Shown here: positions 25,430 to 38,500 of the stretch, piece by piece | How the letters are laid out: every line of letters starts with the position of its first letter | How positions within the stretch are numbered: position 1 is the first letter of the stretch | Assembly (NCBI GenBank): GCA_051362555.1 | Contig: CM120640.1 | Coordinates: 2,728,001-2,792,000 of the forward strand | Direction of reading: 5' to 3' | DNA length: 64,000 nt | Origin: Lingula anatina | Taxonomy: Eukaryota; Animalia; Brachiopoda | Program-made: the position numbers and the translations under genes | The notes under the pieces: model-generated | The model's input: the letters and a program-made list of their open reading frames with translations, nothing else | Databases searched by the model: none | Told to the model about the DNA's origin: nothing

Positions 25430-25648
25430 GTGCGAAATCTCTCAAATTCATTGCGCGTTCCACCACATGTACTAGGTCACGCTAACCGATGACGTCACAT
25501 TTCGGTGCAGGCAGTGACCTTGCCAAGATGTCTGCCCCCACGGGTTAAGGGGAAATATACTGTTTTAAATTTTCTTCGCTTCAGGATCAGTATTTTTAAT
25601 GTTTAAGATGGCTTTGGGGTAAAAATCTTTTTTCTTAAAATCCCCAAG
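25430..25648. promoter_or_regulatory. PEX3 promoter, divergent from the PLAC8-family gene
   Basis: CpG-rich patch with a perfect CRE TGACGTCA (25490-25497), nuclear-receptor half-sites AGGTCA (25474-25479) and TGACCTTG (25515-25522), and YY1-like AAGATGGC (~25605). Confidence 0.55.
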
Positions 25649-28600
25649 ATGTTAGGAAGAGTTTGGAACTTCATCAAACGACACAAGAAGAAATTCATCT
25701 TCACTAGTGTTGTTATCGGAGGTATAACATTTATTCAATTTTTTTTAAATATAAGCATTAGGTATTCATAATGAAGTCATGGGCTTCATAGTTTAATAAA
25801 CATTGATTGTAAAACAAACCCCGTCGAAAATTTGAACTTGTGTATCTTTTAGAAAATGTACAATTCTCACAATCTTGAGACGGTACATGATGTTGCCAAA
25901 CACAAAGGTGTCAGCCCTGGTAAGCAAAGAGACAAAAGTTAAATAGTGGTGAAATGCAGATTCCACAAATTAGAACAGGGTGTGCATAAAATCTTAGGAT
26001 GCAATCTTGAGTTTACTTCAAACCATTCCTGTCACTTGAAGTTTGTTGCACATTCAAACACAATGTATCATAAATTCACCTTGTTAGTTTTATTTCATGA
26101 AATTTTTAATAACTTTAATTGGTAGTTAAAGGCACTCTGCACACATTTGAAAAGTCTTCAAAGTCATATTTTTATCCTTGAAAGCTTCTTATCTTTCCTA
26201 ATTCAGACCTTAAAGACAATAAAACCCATTAACTTGAATTAAAGTTCATTTGAACTTATTTAGTGTGGTTATTATCTTCTCAGCCTTGTCAGGTAGCCAT
26301 GACAGCTCAAAACATCTGTATTATACACAACACAAGGCCAAATTATGAAGTGAAAACAAGGCAATGCCTGCAAAGCCCTTCCAAATTTAAAACACCACTT
26401 CATTTGCATAGTGAAGTAATTTCTTGCAATTTGCAGCAACGGTTACCAAGAAGCCTAAAATTTTGTTGAAATGATTAAAGTTTGGGAAAGGTATCTTTCT
26501 TAATGACTGGCCAGTTATTTAGAACTAAATTATTAAATTAAGAATTGAATAAGACCTCAAATCCTAGTGCAGGGATGACTCAAGAGTTGAAGAAAATTGC
26601 TTTTTCTCCAAAAAAATCATTTAAATCTGGCACAGAGTGGCTTTAAGTTGTGGCAGGATAGGTCAGGAGTACAGATCTGATATTGATACTTTTATATAGA
26701 CTATTGTAACAGTATTTGTTTCACACTTTCTTTATTACAGGTGGGGTTTTTATTTGGAAGTATGCCCAGTCTAAACTGGAAGAACTTCAGGAGAAAGAGG
26801 CTGCTGAATGCTTGTCATATGCCAGGTGAAAAATTAGATCTCTCAGTTATATATTGTCTTATTTTATTTATTGTCTTTGAGATAGTTATGATAATATAGG
26901 TAAAGCTGTATCATTGATATTGTGGGATAGTTAAGTACAAGTTGACTATTTTTTTAAATCTTAATTTATTATAGTTTAGGTATCGTACATTATGGCTACA
27001 GTGGTACAAGTCATGGAAAATCTCCCATGCAAATATTTGTAAATTACTTTGTCCAGGTACATTTTCATCAAAATAAAATGTTTTTCCTTTCATAGAAAAC
27101 AGCATCATTTTGATAGCAACCAAAGAACATGCAATATGACAGGTAAATTTTAGTTTACTCTGGGTCATATTTCGTTTTCTTTGATCAAAGAAATCTTTAA
27201 GATATTTTGGTTCAAGTCTCTTTGTATCTTTCACTGGCACATTTTTAATAAAGATTGAATTACAAGCCTTGAGAGGGTCTGCAAGAGGATTTAAGGTTAC
27301 TCTTCTATCCTTTCCACTTTTGTATTAGGGCTTATTCACAAACACTTGATCCCTGATTTTATTTTGCAGTTCTCAGGGAAAAATGATTTTTGGATTTGAT
27401 ATAATTAAGTATATTTATTGGTTGAATAATATGTATGTTGATCATAAAATGTTTTTTGACTAAACACTTATCTTTTATAATTGATCATTGGATGAAATTA
27501 ATTCTCTAAATCACCTCTTCTTATACGGGTCAATATTTAGAATAAATTTGATTATTTTAAGGAATGATTCAATTTCAGTTTTGTCCATGCTGCCAAAGCT
27601 GAGAGAAACACTGATGCAAGCTTTAGATTCAGAAGCACTGACAGCCCAGCTGAAATCAAAGTATTACTTTAAGTGCATTCTTCACATTTTAGAAGTCATA
27701 TATATATATGTTAATCCAGTGTTTGATAGTTGTAGTTTAAAAGTTGTTTTTTAAAGAAATGTAGTAATTATTTGTATTGAAGAAAATAATTATTAGTATC
27801 ACTGTCTTTATCATTGGTTTAAAAGAAAGAAAGAAAGAAACAATATTTTTCATGTTTTAGACCCTCTAACAAGGTCCAGATATGGGAGGAGTTAAAAATA
27901 CTAAGTATGTGTTTTAACATTTTTCTGATTTTAATATAACAATAGTATTGGGTCATTCATAATAGAAGATCCAAGTATCAATTGGTCCAAGGCTCAAATA
28001 TGGCAGACCCTACATGGAAAGAAGGCTGCTTATTCCTGTCAGTAATGGTCTCTCCACCTCTCACACGCCTTCCCATGAGTCATCCCTGCAGGGGCACAGT
28101 AATTAAATCTCGGTTTCATTCTACCAGACGTGTGGGGAGGCGTGTGAGAGGCGGAGAGACCATAACAGGATTAAGCAGTCTTCCTTTGATGTTGGGTCCC
28201 CCATATTAGAGTCTTGGACCAGTTGATACTCAAATCTTCTATTTTGAATGGCCCCTATAAGTATTTTCTACTGAATAGATAAGATTATCAACAGTACTTG
28301 CAGTTATGATAATTTTATATTTTAACCCTTTTTCAATAGTGCGTGAACTTCTAAACCTTCAATTAAAAAAAAAAAGATAAAAATTAATCATGTTCCAGGC
28401 TTCACCAGAACTATGATGTCTGTGTACATGAGTGCCATGATGATTGTGTTTCTACGTGTCCAGCTCAACATCATCGGGGGATACATGTACCTGGATAATA
28501 TTCACGACAGAAATGGCACTGTGAGGTTTCATTGTTTAAACCAATATTAAAGGGATAACAACTCTTCATTTTGTCGGGAAAAGTGTTAAAAACGGGTTTC

Positions 28601-28784
28601 TTTGGTAAACAACAATGTTCTCATACTTACTAATGGCCAAAGAATCTGTTCTGACATTCAAAGTTAGTCAAAAGTTTTTTTGAAGTGTGCTTTTCGGAAT
28701 AATCTCTTAATTTATTATTTTGGAGGGTAGCCATCATGAAGGTCCATGTGGTCTGGTGGAATTTATTTATATGAGTTGTTTACA

Positions 28785-28840
<56 letters not shown>

Positions 28841-31327
28841 GAATTTTGAATCTTATATGATGAGTTGTTATCCCTTTAATAATTTTGATATATGTGTCAG
28901 AAATAACACACACAGTTGGTTAATTCTCATTGTGGTGTTTTAACCAGTTCTGTAGTTTATATCTTATTAATATTAAGATAACTGTAATCAGTTAAGATGC
29001 AGACTCATCCTTACAGTTATACCAGACCTGTAGACAGCAGTTTCAAAGAAGACTACTTTTCTGAAAGAGTGGGCTTCTTTCCCCCTTTTGTTGACCCAAC
29101 TTGAGAAATGATCTAGGTCAAACTTTGATGAGGAGTGTACCTTTTCTGGCCAAAAAGGCAATTATCTGTCCCCCAACCCCCTCTTTATAAAATGATTTGA
29201 TCCTTGTATATTTAATTAAATTTTATTTTACAGAACAAGCAACTTGCTGTTGCCACTCAAAGTGTTCAACACAAATATTTGGAGAAAGTCCATTTTCTAA
29301 CAGGTCCAGGTATGTAACTAGGTGGTATTTTTGTTTACAATTACAGTATAACTCATGTTGTAAAATTAAGTGAAATAAGTAAGAAAAATTATTTTCTCAG
29401 CCTTTGATGCTAGTTGATCTTCTTATTTTGGTTATCTATGTAAATGTGTATAGTTTTTTATTTCCTTTTTGCACATTTATTAGACTTCACTTGATTATTC
29501 TCTGCAGGATTTTAGAACCAAGTGCTGTCAATCCTAAAAGAATTTTCATTTTAGGTTTGATGAGTTTGACAGCAGTTGTAAAGAAAGCAGTACAAAGCTG
29601 CATCGGCAGGTGATTGTTATACATAAGATTTAAATGCCATTTGTATAGGATTGAAAAAAAGATAAAAATACCATGGTGCAATTTTGATTTTATTTAAAGT
29701 TAAGTTATTTTGTGATATTTGACAGCATTTTATTAACTGAAGTCGTGATACTTTACTAAATAAACAATCGCAATAGTGTTTATAAAGATACTTTACTTAT
29801 ATTTTTGTTAAAATAACCGGCAGTGTTGTTTTCTTTGTTTCTAGCATTCCTTTCAAGCAGACACTGACATTGGTGAATATAGAGGAGATATTCAGACAAG
29901 TTCGTCAAGCTGTGGAGCAGGGGTCACAGAATGGCTTCCAGGGTTGTTCAGTGCTGTGTCAGTTTATTTTACCACAAGACTGTGATATTGGAGAAGTAAG
30001 AAAATTTCCTTCTGTCATTTTTTTCCTATTTAAATGAGAAATACTTAAAATGCATTTGACTATGGCTGTGAAGTATATATTTTTAAAAAACCTTTATTTT
30101 TTTTTTATTTCAGTGATTAGTATTGTTTTATATTTTGATTTTCAGGCATGTAGCTTGAATGGCGAAGAGATTATTCTGGCCAAATTGATGAAAGAGACGC
30201 AGGATATTGTAGATGGGTTTGTGCTATATGAATATTACAAATTTAAGTGACCAGACATTCCAGAGAAGATGTCAGAAGATCAAATTGTATTCAGCAAATT
30301 TGCATTTGATATCTTAGAATACTTTTTGTTATCAGTAACTTAAACGAACCTTCATTTGTTGTCTGCTCAAAACCTCAAAAAACTACATCATACTGGTGTA
30401 TTTATAAATCACAGTTTCTCTATTTTTGATTCCAGTAAAGACTTCCAATTGGTCCTTGACAAGTGTTTGGAAACAGGGTTTTCTAGGCTTGTTGACAGGA
30501 TAGCAGAGTTTTTTCAACAGGACCCAAAATCTGGAGAGTCAGTCGTAAAGTGAGTCTGTCTGGATTATGAAATTTTGCGTTTTTTTAAAACACTTAATAA
30601 ATATAAAATCAAGAGCATTAGTTAGTATCATACAAATTATTGAAATACAAATAGGGAAGTAGATGTGAAAACATCTATCAAGAACATGTCAGCACAGAAA
30701 TCACACATTCTGAGCGCCACGCTACATGCTTCAAATACACCTGTGTCTTCTCATTTCACATGATTGTTTGATTTACAATTAGAAGTAAATATTGATTATA
30801 AAGTTTAAACAAATCTCTGCAAAGCCTGGTTACAGCACTTCAGAGATTTGTGTTTACTTGCTCTGGAATGATAATTAGACATTTTGTTTGCAGTCCAAAC
30901 TTGGTTGGGATGCCTCTGGCCAAAATAGTGCCAATAATGAATGGGATGATTCACACTGTTTGTGCAGATGTTCCAAACACTTTTGTACAGGTAATTGTTT
31001 ATTTTTGCCCCAGTGTAGACATTTTCCTCTTTGTCTTCAGTTAATTTATGTTTTACGGTGTTACATCTTGGGAGATTGTAATCAAAAAGTTTCTTCAACA
31101 CTAAACATGATGTAAATATTTGCATTTTGGAAACTAGCCATAGTATTTAACTCCAACACATCTTTCCTATTCATTTTCATCATTTAGTTGTACAAGCCGT
31201 TTTCCATTCTCAGGAGTTGCTGATGCTGGAGCCAGTGAAGGACTTTGCTGCCAATGTTTATGAGGCATTCACTCAGTCAACAGATGGCAGCACTGATGCT
31301 TCTGCTCAGAATGTGGATGTTCAGTAG
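25649..31327 (+). CDS. PEX3: Peroxisomal biogenesis factor 3, 13 coding exons
   Basis: Exons 25649-25721, 26741-26825, 27096-27142, 27579-27660, 27861-27904, 28399-28520, 29234-29309, 29555-29609, 29845-29995, 30146-30216, 30436-30549, 30894-30990, 31214-31327. Peptides [67 protein letters not shown] and [10 protein letters not shown] match Peroxin-3. Confidence 0.97.
26130..26642. mobile_element. Non-autonomous DNA transposon with TTAA TSD (Kolobok-like), PEX3 intron 1
   Basis: TTAA-AGGCACTCTGCACACATTT ... AAATCTGGCACAGAGTGGCT-TTAA: imperfect TIRs starting with purines. Confidence 0.6.
27949..28255. mobile_element. Fold-back MITE (Harbinger/ISL2EU-like), PEX3 intron 5
   Basis: Long imperfect inverted arms (TGGGTCATTCATAATAGAAGAT... 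and ...ATCTTCTATTTTGAATGGCCCC) extend over ~120 bp. TAT on both flanks. Confidence 0.8.
28551..28875. mobile_element. Non-autonomous DNA transposon with TTAA TSD (Kolobok-like), containing (TA)n, PEX3 intron 6
   Basis: TTAA-AGGGATAACAACTC ... GAGTTGTTATCCCT-TTAA: perfect 14-bp TIR. (TA)n at ~28793-28837. Confidence 0.8.
29023..29183 (+). mobile_element. MITE-like repeat family copy (decayed)
   Basis: CAGACCTGTAGACAG ... TTTCTGAAAGAGTGG ... CTTTTCTGGCCAAAAAGG, similar to the 21666 and 22687 copies. Confidence 0.5.
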
Positions 31328-31579
31328 CTAAACAGACTCATTTATTGAAAGGATCGTGTCCTGGGGCAAAGTAACTTAAGACTGTTGCTCAGTTCAGTTA
31401 CGTAGTTTGCTGATTCGAGAATTTATTCACTGCACTTTCCATATCATTTTATAATCACAAAATAGGATTAAACATTTGGATCATGACATCATGAATAATT
31501 TTATATAATGAGAAGGGGAGTTAAAACCTTCTGTTCTTGTGACCTATTTTTAACAAACCATGATGTAATGATTAATTTG

Positions 31580-31826
31580 AATAAATAAATCTGACAATCA
31601 ATTCTGACTATAATTGTTTCCAACCAGATTTAAAGATAATAGTTTGAACTTTTAAAACTTTATATCCTCGCAATTTTGATCATGCACAATTTATGATTTG
31701 GTATCGGGATTTTCCTTGTGATTAAAATTCTTGCACTTTTCCTTTCAAGTTTTTAAATGTGCATTCTTCAAGTGCGAAACACAAAGAAAAGGATAAAACC
31801 ACAATACCCCAAAATACAAGTTTATT
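31580..31826. terminator. Convergent poly(A) signals of PEX3 (+) and the Tudor gene (-)
   Basis: AATAAA at 31580-31585 on +. TTTATT at 31821-31826 is AATAAA on -. Confidence 0.45.
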
Positions 31827-32556
31827 GAAAGCTAACTACAAATTACTAACAACTGAATTTGTGGAAATCGGCACATACAGCCTTCACTTTAAGCAAACTT
31901 ACTTGCCCAGGCTTACCAGTATCAACAAAGTTATAACAGTACAGAAGGAGTGGAACAGCTTCACCCTTCTCTTAACAAGACTGACATTGTGAAGATATGT
32001 CTTTGCCAATGGTTATCAGAAAGAAAAGCTTACAAGCTCAAGCTAAATTCTAGATACACTTGTGAATGATATCCGTTCATCAATATTATCCCTGAAAATG
32101 GCAGGTAAATGAAAAAAGTCTGTTTGTATAATGCAGTGGAAGTACAAAATCAAAAATCTTGACATTTAACTGTTAAAGAAATCCTTTTCACACAAGTATT
32201 TGGTACTTAAATGTCATATGAAAAATTTTTATTTTTGTTTCATTTAATTGGAAAGGGGCTCAGTGATGTTACAAAACAAGATTAAGAACTGTGTTCTTTA
32301 CATGCCTTTTTTGCTATAAAGAAGTCTGACAAATGTGTAATAAAGACAACGGAATCCCCTCTCTTGAAACTGCTGCCAAACATATACATAATTGACTTCA
32401 TTCCTATTCTAAAGCACCACAGAGAACAGTCTCCACTGTGATGAGCTGCTGCGTATTCCTTGTTTTCCCAAAGTTTATCACGAACACTTTGGGAAATAGA
32501 TAAAACAGTCAAAGAACCAAAAGGGTTTCATGAAAATAACACATTAATATTTGCTT

Positions 32557-35500
32557 TTATTCTTCCGTGCTGCCTGCTACACCAGACAAAGCATCTTCAA
32601 CTGAAATAAGAAATATTTTAACTGTTAAATGCATCCAGTGAATAGTATCAATTCACACAAAATATTGCACTTCAAATTCTAAAATAAATTCTTCAGTTTT
32701 AGTTGGTATGCAACGGAATGCATTTCACAACAGCTTTCATGTATCAAGAACGCTCATTTAGAATTGTGTGCCATGGGCTTTTATATTATACTAATTTCAG
32801 AAAAGGATTGTACAATTCTTTTATATTCTACTCACATTCATCCTCCAAATCCTCTGGTTTTTGGCACTCATTTTTCATAGGTGTGCTTGTACAACCACCT
32901 GCAAGTTGCGTAACACCTGAAATAAAAGAAGCATCGTTATGTAAATCACTGGCTTAAATCAACCCACTGCCAGTTCCTCGAGGATGACATTTTTGTAGGC
33001 CACTTTCTCGCTTTACTTAATAGACTTGAAAAAATATGATTATAAATAATCATCTTCTCTAACTTATCTGACCATTTCACTTTCTATTGTTTCTTATAAC
33101 AGAGTTTTAACAGTAATCTTTTTACCTAGGGTATCCATCCCATCCACAGGATCACGTGACGCCTCCTTGGGTTGACCATTGTCTGCACCGTCCTCAGGTT
33201 GTTCTCCCAGGGAGCTAAACCTCTGCAGAGACACCTCACAGAATGATTGTTCTATAAAGAATTGAGTGAAAATATAAGACGCTTTAGGCTGGTAAGGGTG
33301 GAGTGGGGGGGGGGGGGGGGGGGGGTCCACGGATTCATACAAAGTAACCCCTTTGGCTTTTTGCCCCTGGATCAAAATTTAATCTTGGTAATATATCATT
33401 TCCCCCAAGTTGGGTCAACTAGGCCTGTTATAAGGTCCACTTTTTCAGAAAAAGTACCCCCCCCCCCCCCCTCCGTTTTGCATTTGATGGCTACAGGCCT
33501 GGACCTTACAATATCTTTCTCCCTACTTTCTAGTCATGAGTTTTTACTTTTGAAATACTCAAACAGTAAATCAACGAGAGAGAGAGAGAGAGAATAACTC
33601 CATGCTAACCTAGCACCTCTGCTCCACTTTCCTCCAGAGAAGCTGCCTCCATGTCCAGCTCCAGGTCACTCCCTGGCACCATGTCCGCGTGGCCCTCTTT
33701 GGTCAACATCTGATTGATGGACTGCGTCGTATCCTCAGTGGGATCATACAGGTACACACTGTACATGTCCTTGACCTCTGTGTCACTGACGCGGGCTATC
33801 AGGGTCTTCCCCTGGCACAGTTCTATCATGAAACAAACAACAAAGACTATGTAGTGGATAAATTAAGTGGTAACTGATTGAGTCAAAAAATTCACATCAA
33901 TATTTTGCCCAAGGCATGGTTGCTTTATTCGATCTACCAGATGTCAATTAACAGTCCACTAAGTATAATATGAAATAAACAGAAGATTGCATTTTCCTTT
34001 TTTTCAAGAAATAGTTTGAACAAACGTGAACCAATAATGAAAGGATACAGTATCAAGTAAGTTGTTATGTTACCCTTAAAATAAGCAATGGCCTGTGTTA
34101 TCTTACCCTTAAAATAAGCAATGGCCTGTGCTATCTTACCCTTAAAATAAGCAATGGCCTGTGTTGACCAGCGTCCCCCTGGTGGTGATACACCAGACAG
34201 CCTACACAGCAAAGTTTGGACTGGTAACTCTCGGAACTCATCAGGAATGTTACACACCAGGTTCTTAGGTATAACCTCCATGGTTCCATAATCAACAAAC
34301 TTTACCTAGGATTATACAAAGTGTATTTATCTTAAGTCTCCTTCAAAATAATAATAAAAAAACATGGACAGATAATGCAACCAGACACTAAGCTGTTAGT
34401 TCACAACCTTTCTTGAATAAATATAGCAAATTATGTATCTTTTTATCCATCTACCTTATTAATTTTTTTTTTATTTCACTCTGGTAATATTTCTAAACAC
34501 TAATTTCAAATTTCAAACTGATATCAATTAATTACAGTAAACAACTTGCCATTTTATATTTCAATTTCCTGTGAATACCTAATTGTTTGAGTTTGACAGC
34601 TTGACATATTACAGAGTAAACAACTCTTCAACTTACTTCATGTGTATCTCCCAGCTGTTTCACCACTACTCCCCTGTACCACTGTCCATCTCTGGCAGAC
34701 ATCCCAAGACAAGCCTGTCCTATCTTCCCCTCCTCAGTGGGCTCAGCTTGGGCATCACAGTACCTGTTGATACTGGGCATCAGCCTGGACAGCTCCTCTG
34801 AAACCAGCTGGACACAGAACAGGTGTGGACTCTCAATGCTAACACACCTGACTTGGACAGTTTCAGCGGGTTCAAACTGAGGAAGCTTAAACTGCAGATC
34901 AATGGAGACACGCTCCACGGCTGTATCAATAAGTTTCCCTGCATAGATGGCAGCACAGGCGTCCTTCAGCGTGTTATCTATCAAGGCGTCAACAAGGTCT
35001 GACGTAGTAGAAGACGTGGGAGAGCCTGGGTCTGGATAAGCTCTGGGAACCGACCCCATCAGATAATCAACATGGCACGGCAGTGGGCCTTTGGTGCTGC
35101 CCTCTTTACTTGCACCTTCGCTGCCTTCAGCAACCAGATCTAAGACTTGGCCAGCACCACTGGATTTCTCCTTCATTGCTTTGCCATAGCCTGCATCAAT
35201 TAAAGCCTGTGCCACAGAGAGGTCTCCGTCATACAGATCTACCAATATAGACTCCACATTACCACGACTGTCTCTATCTACGCTAACCACTGTCAGGTCC
35301 AAGTTTTTGTCACAGGTCAGTTCTTCAAACCTGGTCATGGAGTCGAGGTCCCACCTCTCTCCAACAGGGCAGATGCCAGATAACTTGCACTTGATGGCCT
35401 GAATGGGGAGCCTGGACACTTCTCTCTGTAGATCTTTCACCTTGCTCGGCTCCACACACTCATGGTTGCCATAGTCCACAAAGGTGACATCCACCCCCTC

Positions 35501-38500
35501 GTCTCTAACCCCAGTGACCACACCCCTGTACCAACCCCCATCTTCACTGAACTGGGCCACGCAGGGTTTCCCTGGGGCTGGATTTTCCAGGCAATTTTGA
35601 GATTCCGAGAGTTGGGAGTATAGGTCTTGGATGGTGTCCCTGAGGATGGGCAAGTCATTAGAGGAGCTGGCTAGCTGGCAGTAGAACTGGGCGGGGTTGG
35701 TGGAGGCAGAGACAAACACTTGGAGCTTGGAGCCCTCTTCAACAAAGGGGGATGTGTACCTAGAGTGAGAACACAAATGACTAGGAGATAAACGTTCTGA
35801 CATTTTTTTTTCAAAAGCAATTTTTTTCCGATTCAAATAAAAAAGGTAAAATGCCAATGTTTTAAGCAGTTCCACTGATACTTCACCTTTAAATTTAATG
35901 TACCAGTTCCATTGATACCTCACCTTTAAATTTAATGTACTAAAAACTTTATCTTCACATATTTAACAACTTAAGAAAAGTAAGCCATCTTCACAGTAAC
36001 TCACTAGGGCCTGTATGCCAAAATCAATATCACTTAATATTTTCTACAATTTTTGTAACATAACCTCAACACTCCTCACTTTTCACTAAAAATAATAATA
36101 ATAATAATTAAAAAAACAAAGACCCTGTCCACAACTTACTCCACAGTCTTTCTGGCTATGTTCAGAGGCTGATGGGCATCCCCAGCCACCCCTGCCTCTA
36201 TCATCATCCCTGCTATAGACATCCCCATGTCCAGTAGCTTGACCATACATGACCAGTCATCCCCCACACTCTCCACCTCACACAGCAACGTCTTGTCTGT
36301 GGTCAGTTCTGGAAACAAAGGGGGAAATTGAAAGATTTTAAAGCAAGAAAATTTCAGTAGAAATGTTCCAATATTCTTGTCATGTATGTCATTCTAATGG
36401 AAACTTACTCAACATCTATTAACCGACTCATCAGAAATGTATTTTTATGAAAACTAATAATGTTCGTGAGGACTGTGTAGAGAAATTAATTTTTTTTTAA
36501 GTAAAACTTATAAGAGGTTTAGAGAAAGTAGTAATGTTCAACATATATAAATATTATCCACCATAAGAGTTCTTCTTAGAAATTATTTTTTTTACATAGT
36601 ATTATAAAAGATTTCATTGAAAAACCCTTATGGTTTTGTGAGAAAAATTTCTCATAGAAACTAAAATTTCTTGATATATATTATCTTCTACAATCTATGT
36701 CATGTTGGTCAAAATCATGAAATGTAACTCACCTGTAAACGTGTCTATGGCCTCTGGGGTCCAGGTGGTACCTTCAGATCTCACACCTGTCAACAAACAC
36801 TCCACAGCCTGGGACGGCAATGACATCAACTCACTCTTCATTGGCTTCACCTCAGTTAAAGGAACATGGACTTGGTTTCCATAATCCACGTACTGGATCA
36901 GTGCTTGGTCGTCTTTAAGTTCTAGAATTACTGCACGATACCAAGCCTGGTCTTCTTCAAACTTTGCCACACAGGGCATACCAGTGGACTGTGACGCTAC
37001 AGCAGGTGTGTCGTCACTGTACTGCTCAGATAGTTGCTCCATCAGGTGATCAAGCTGGTCTTGCTGCTCCTTAAACTGTATCCAGAACTGACTTGGTGAG
37101 CTTACAAAGGAGACAAACACCTCCCGCTTCTCGCCATCTTTTAACATGACAGGCTGATATTTGCTTCCTGCGTCGACAAAGTCAACAACGGCGCCCCCAG
37201 TAGCAGTTTTCTGTTGGTCTGCAGTCTCCTGCAGCACATCATCGTCAGAAATGTCCAAAGTTTTGCTGTCGGCAGGTTTTGGTCTTATTGGCGAGCCTTC
37301 AGAGAGAGAGCCTGTCTTCTCGGCCAATCCTTCTTCTATCAGTTTCACAGCCACAGAGATCCCCATATCTAACAAGTTCACCATACAGCCTAAATCTGTG
37401 TTATCCTCACCAGCCGTCCCCAGCATCACAATGTCTGCTATCAGCTTTTTATCAGCAACTATCTCTTGGAAGCGAGCTTTAGCTTCCTTGGACCATGGTC
37501 CCTGCGGGGAACGGACCCCCTGCAAGGCACATTCCACAGCTTGGACCTCCAGCTCCAGAAATTTCTTCTCCATGGGACGTATGTCCGTCATGCTCACATT
37601 CTCCACATTGCCATAGTCTACAAAGATAACATCACAGTTCCTAAGACCCGGACGTAATATCTTCGCCCTGTACCATGCCCCATCTTCAGAATACTTGGCC
37701 ATACATGGGACACTGACCTTCTTCTGGATTTCTGTGTACGGCAGTGAGTTGTAGTGTTCCGCTATCTGTGTCATGAGCTCAGAGAGCTGGTCTTCTCCTC
37801 TAGCAAGCTGGCACCAGAACTGGCTGGGAGAATTCACGTGGGTCACATAAACACTTTCCTTCTTCTCCTCTGCCAGTGACGGCATCTTGAAGGTTGGAAA
37901 GGCTAAAATCAATTAACTTTTGTTTAATATTACATTTTTACAAAAAAAAAACAAAAAACAAAAAAAAAAAAAAAACAAAAAAAAGGGAATCGGTATTCTA
38001 TTATATTGCAATTATAAGCAGGATATTTTATCAAACACTTTAAAATCCAAAGTATAGGTTATGGTTAATAAATTTTCAAAGTTTTCACATAACCTTTTGT
38101 ATAAAAGGGGCAAAACACCATCGATGAATATACTTAATGATACAAAGTTATTTAACCTACCTGGACCTTTTGGGACTGTGACATGTGCACCAGCTGTCAC
38201 CACAGGAGCAGGAAGACCAATATCAATGTCCTTCCCTTCACTGTCTTTAAGTACAACCAAACATGGCTCTGACTGAGTCAGGAATGTCACAAGTAACTCC
38301 TTGTCCTGGGTCTTCTCCAGTAGCTGTTGTGTCACCTCCTCAGGTAAATCACTCCCATCAGACAGCATCAAAGTGCTCCGGATAGCCATGATGGGTTTCT
38401 TTGCCAAATCAGCACTGAGACTCTTTAGGGACGAAACCTTGGTGCTTTCACAGTTGCCATAATCTACAAAGCAGACTCTTGCCATGTCTCCCTCTCTGGA

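Noticed and set aside
25528-25622. Tiny uORFs (MSAPTG, MALG) before PEX3
   Set aside because: The TSS is unknown and the ATGs fall inside YY1-like promoter motifs.
34170-34187. CTCF-like motif CACCACCAGGGGGACGC on the minus strand
   Set aside because: Explained by the codons for SPPGGR in a Tudor exon.
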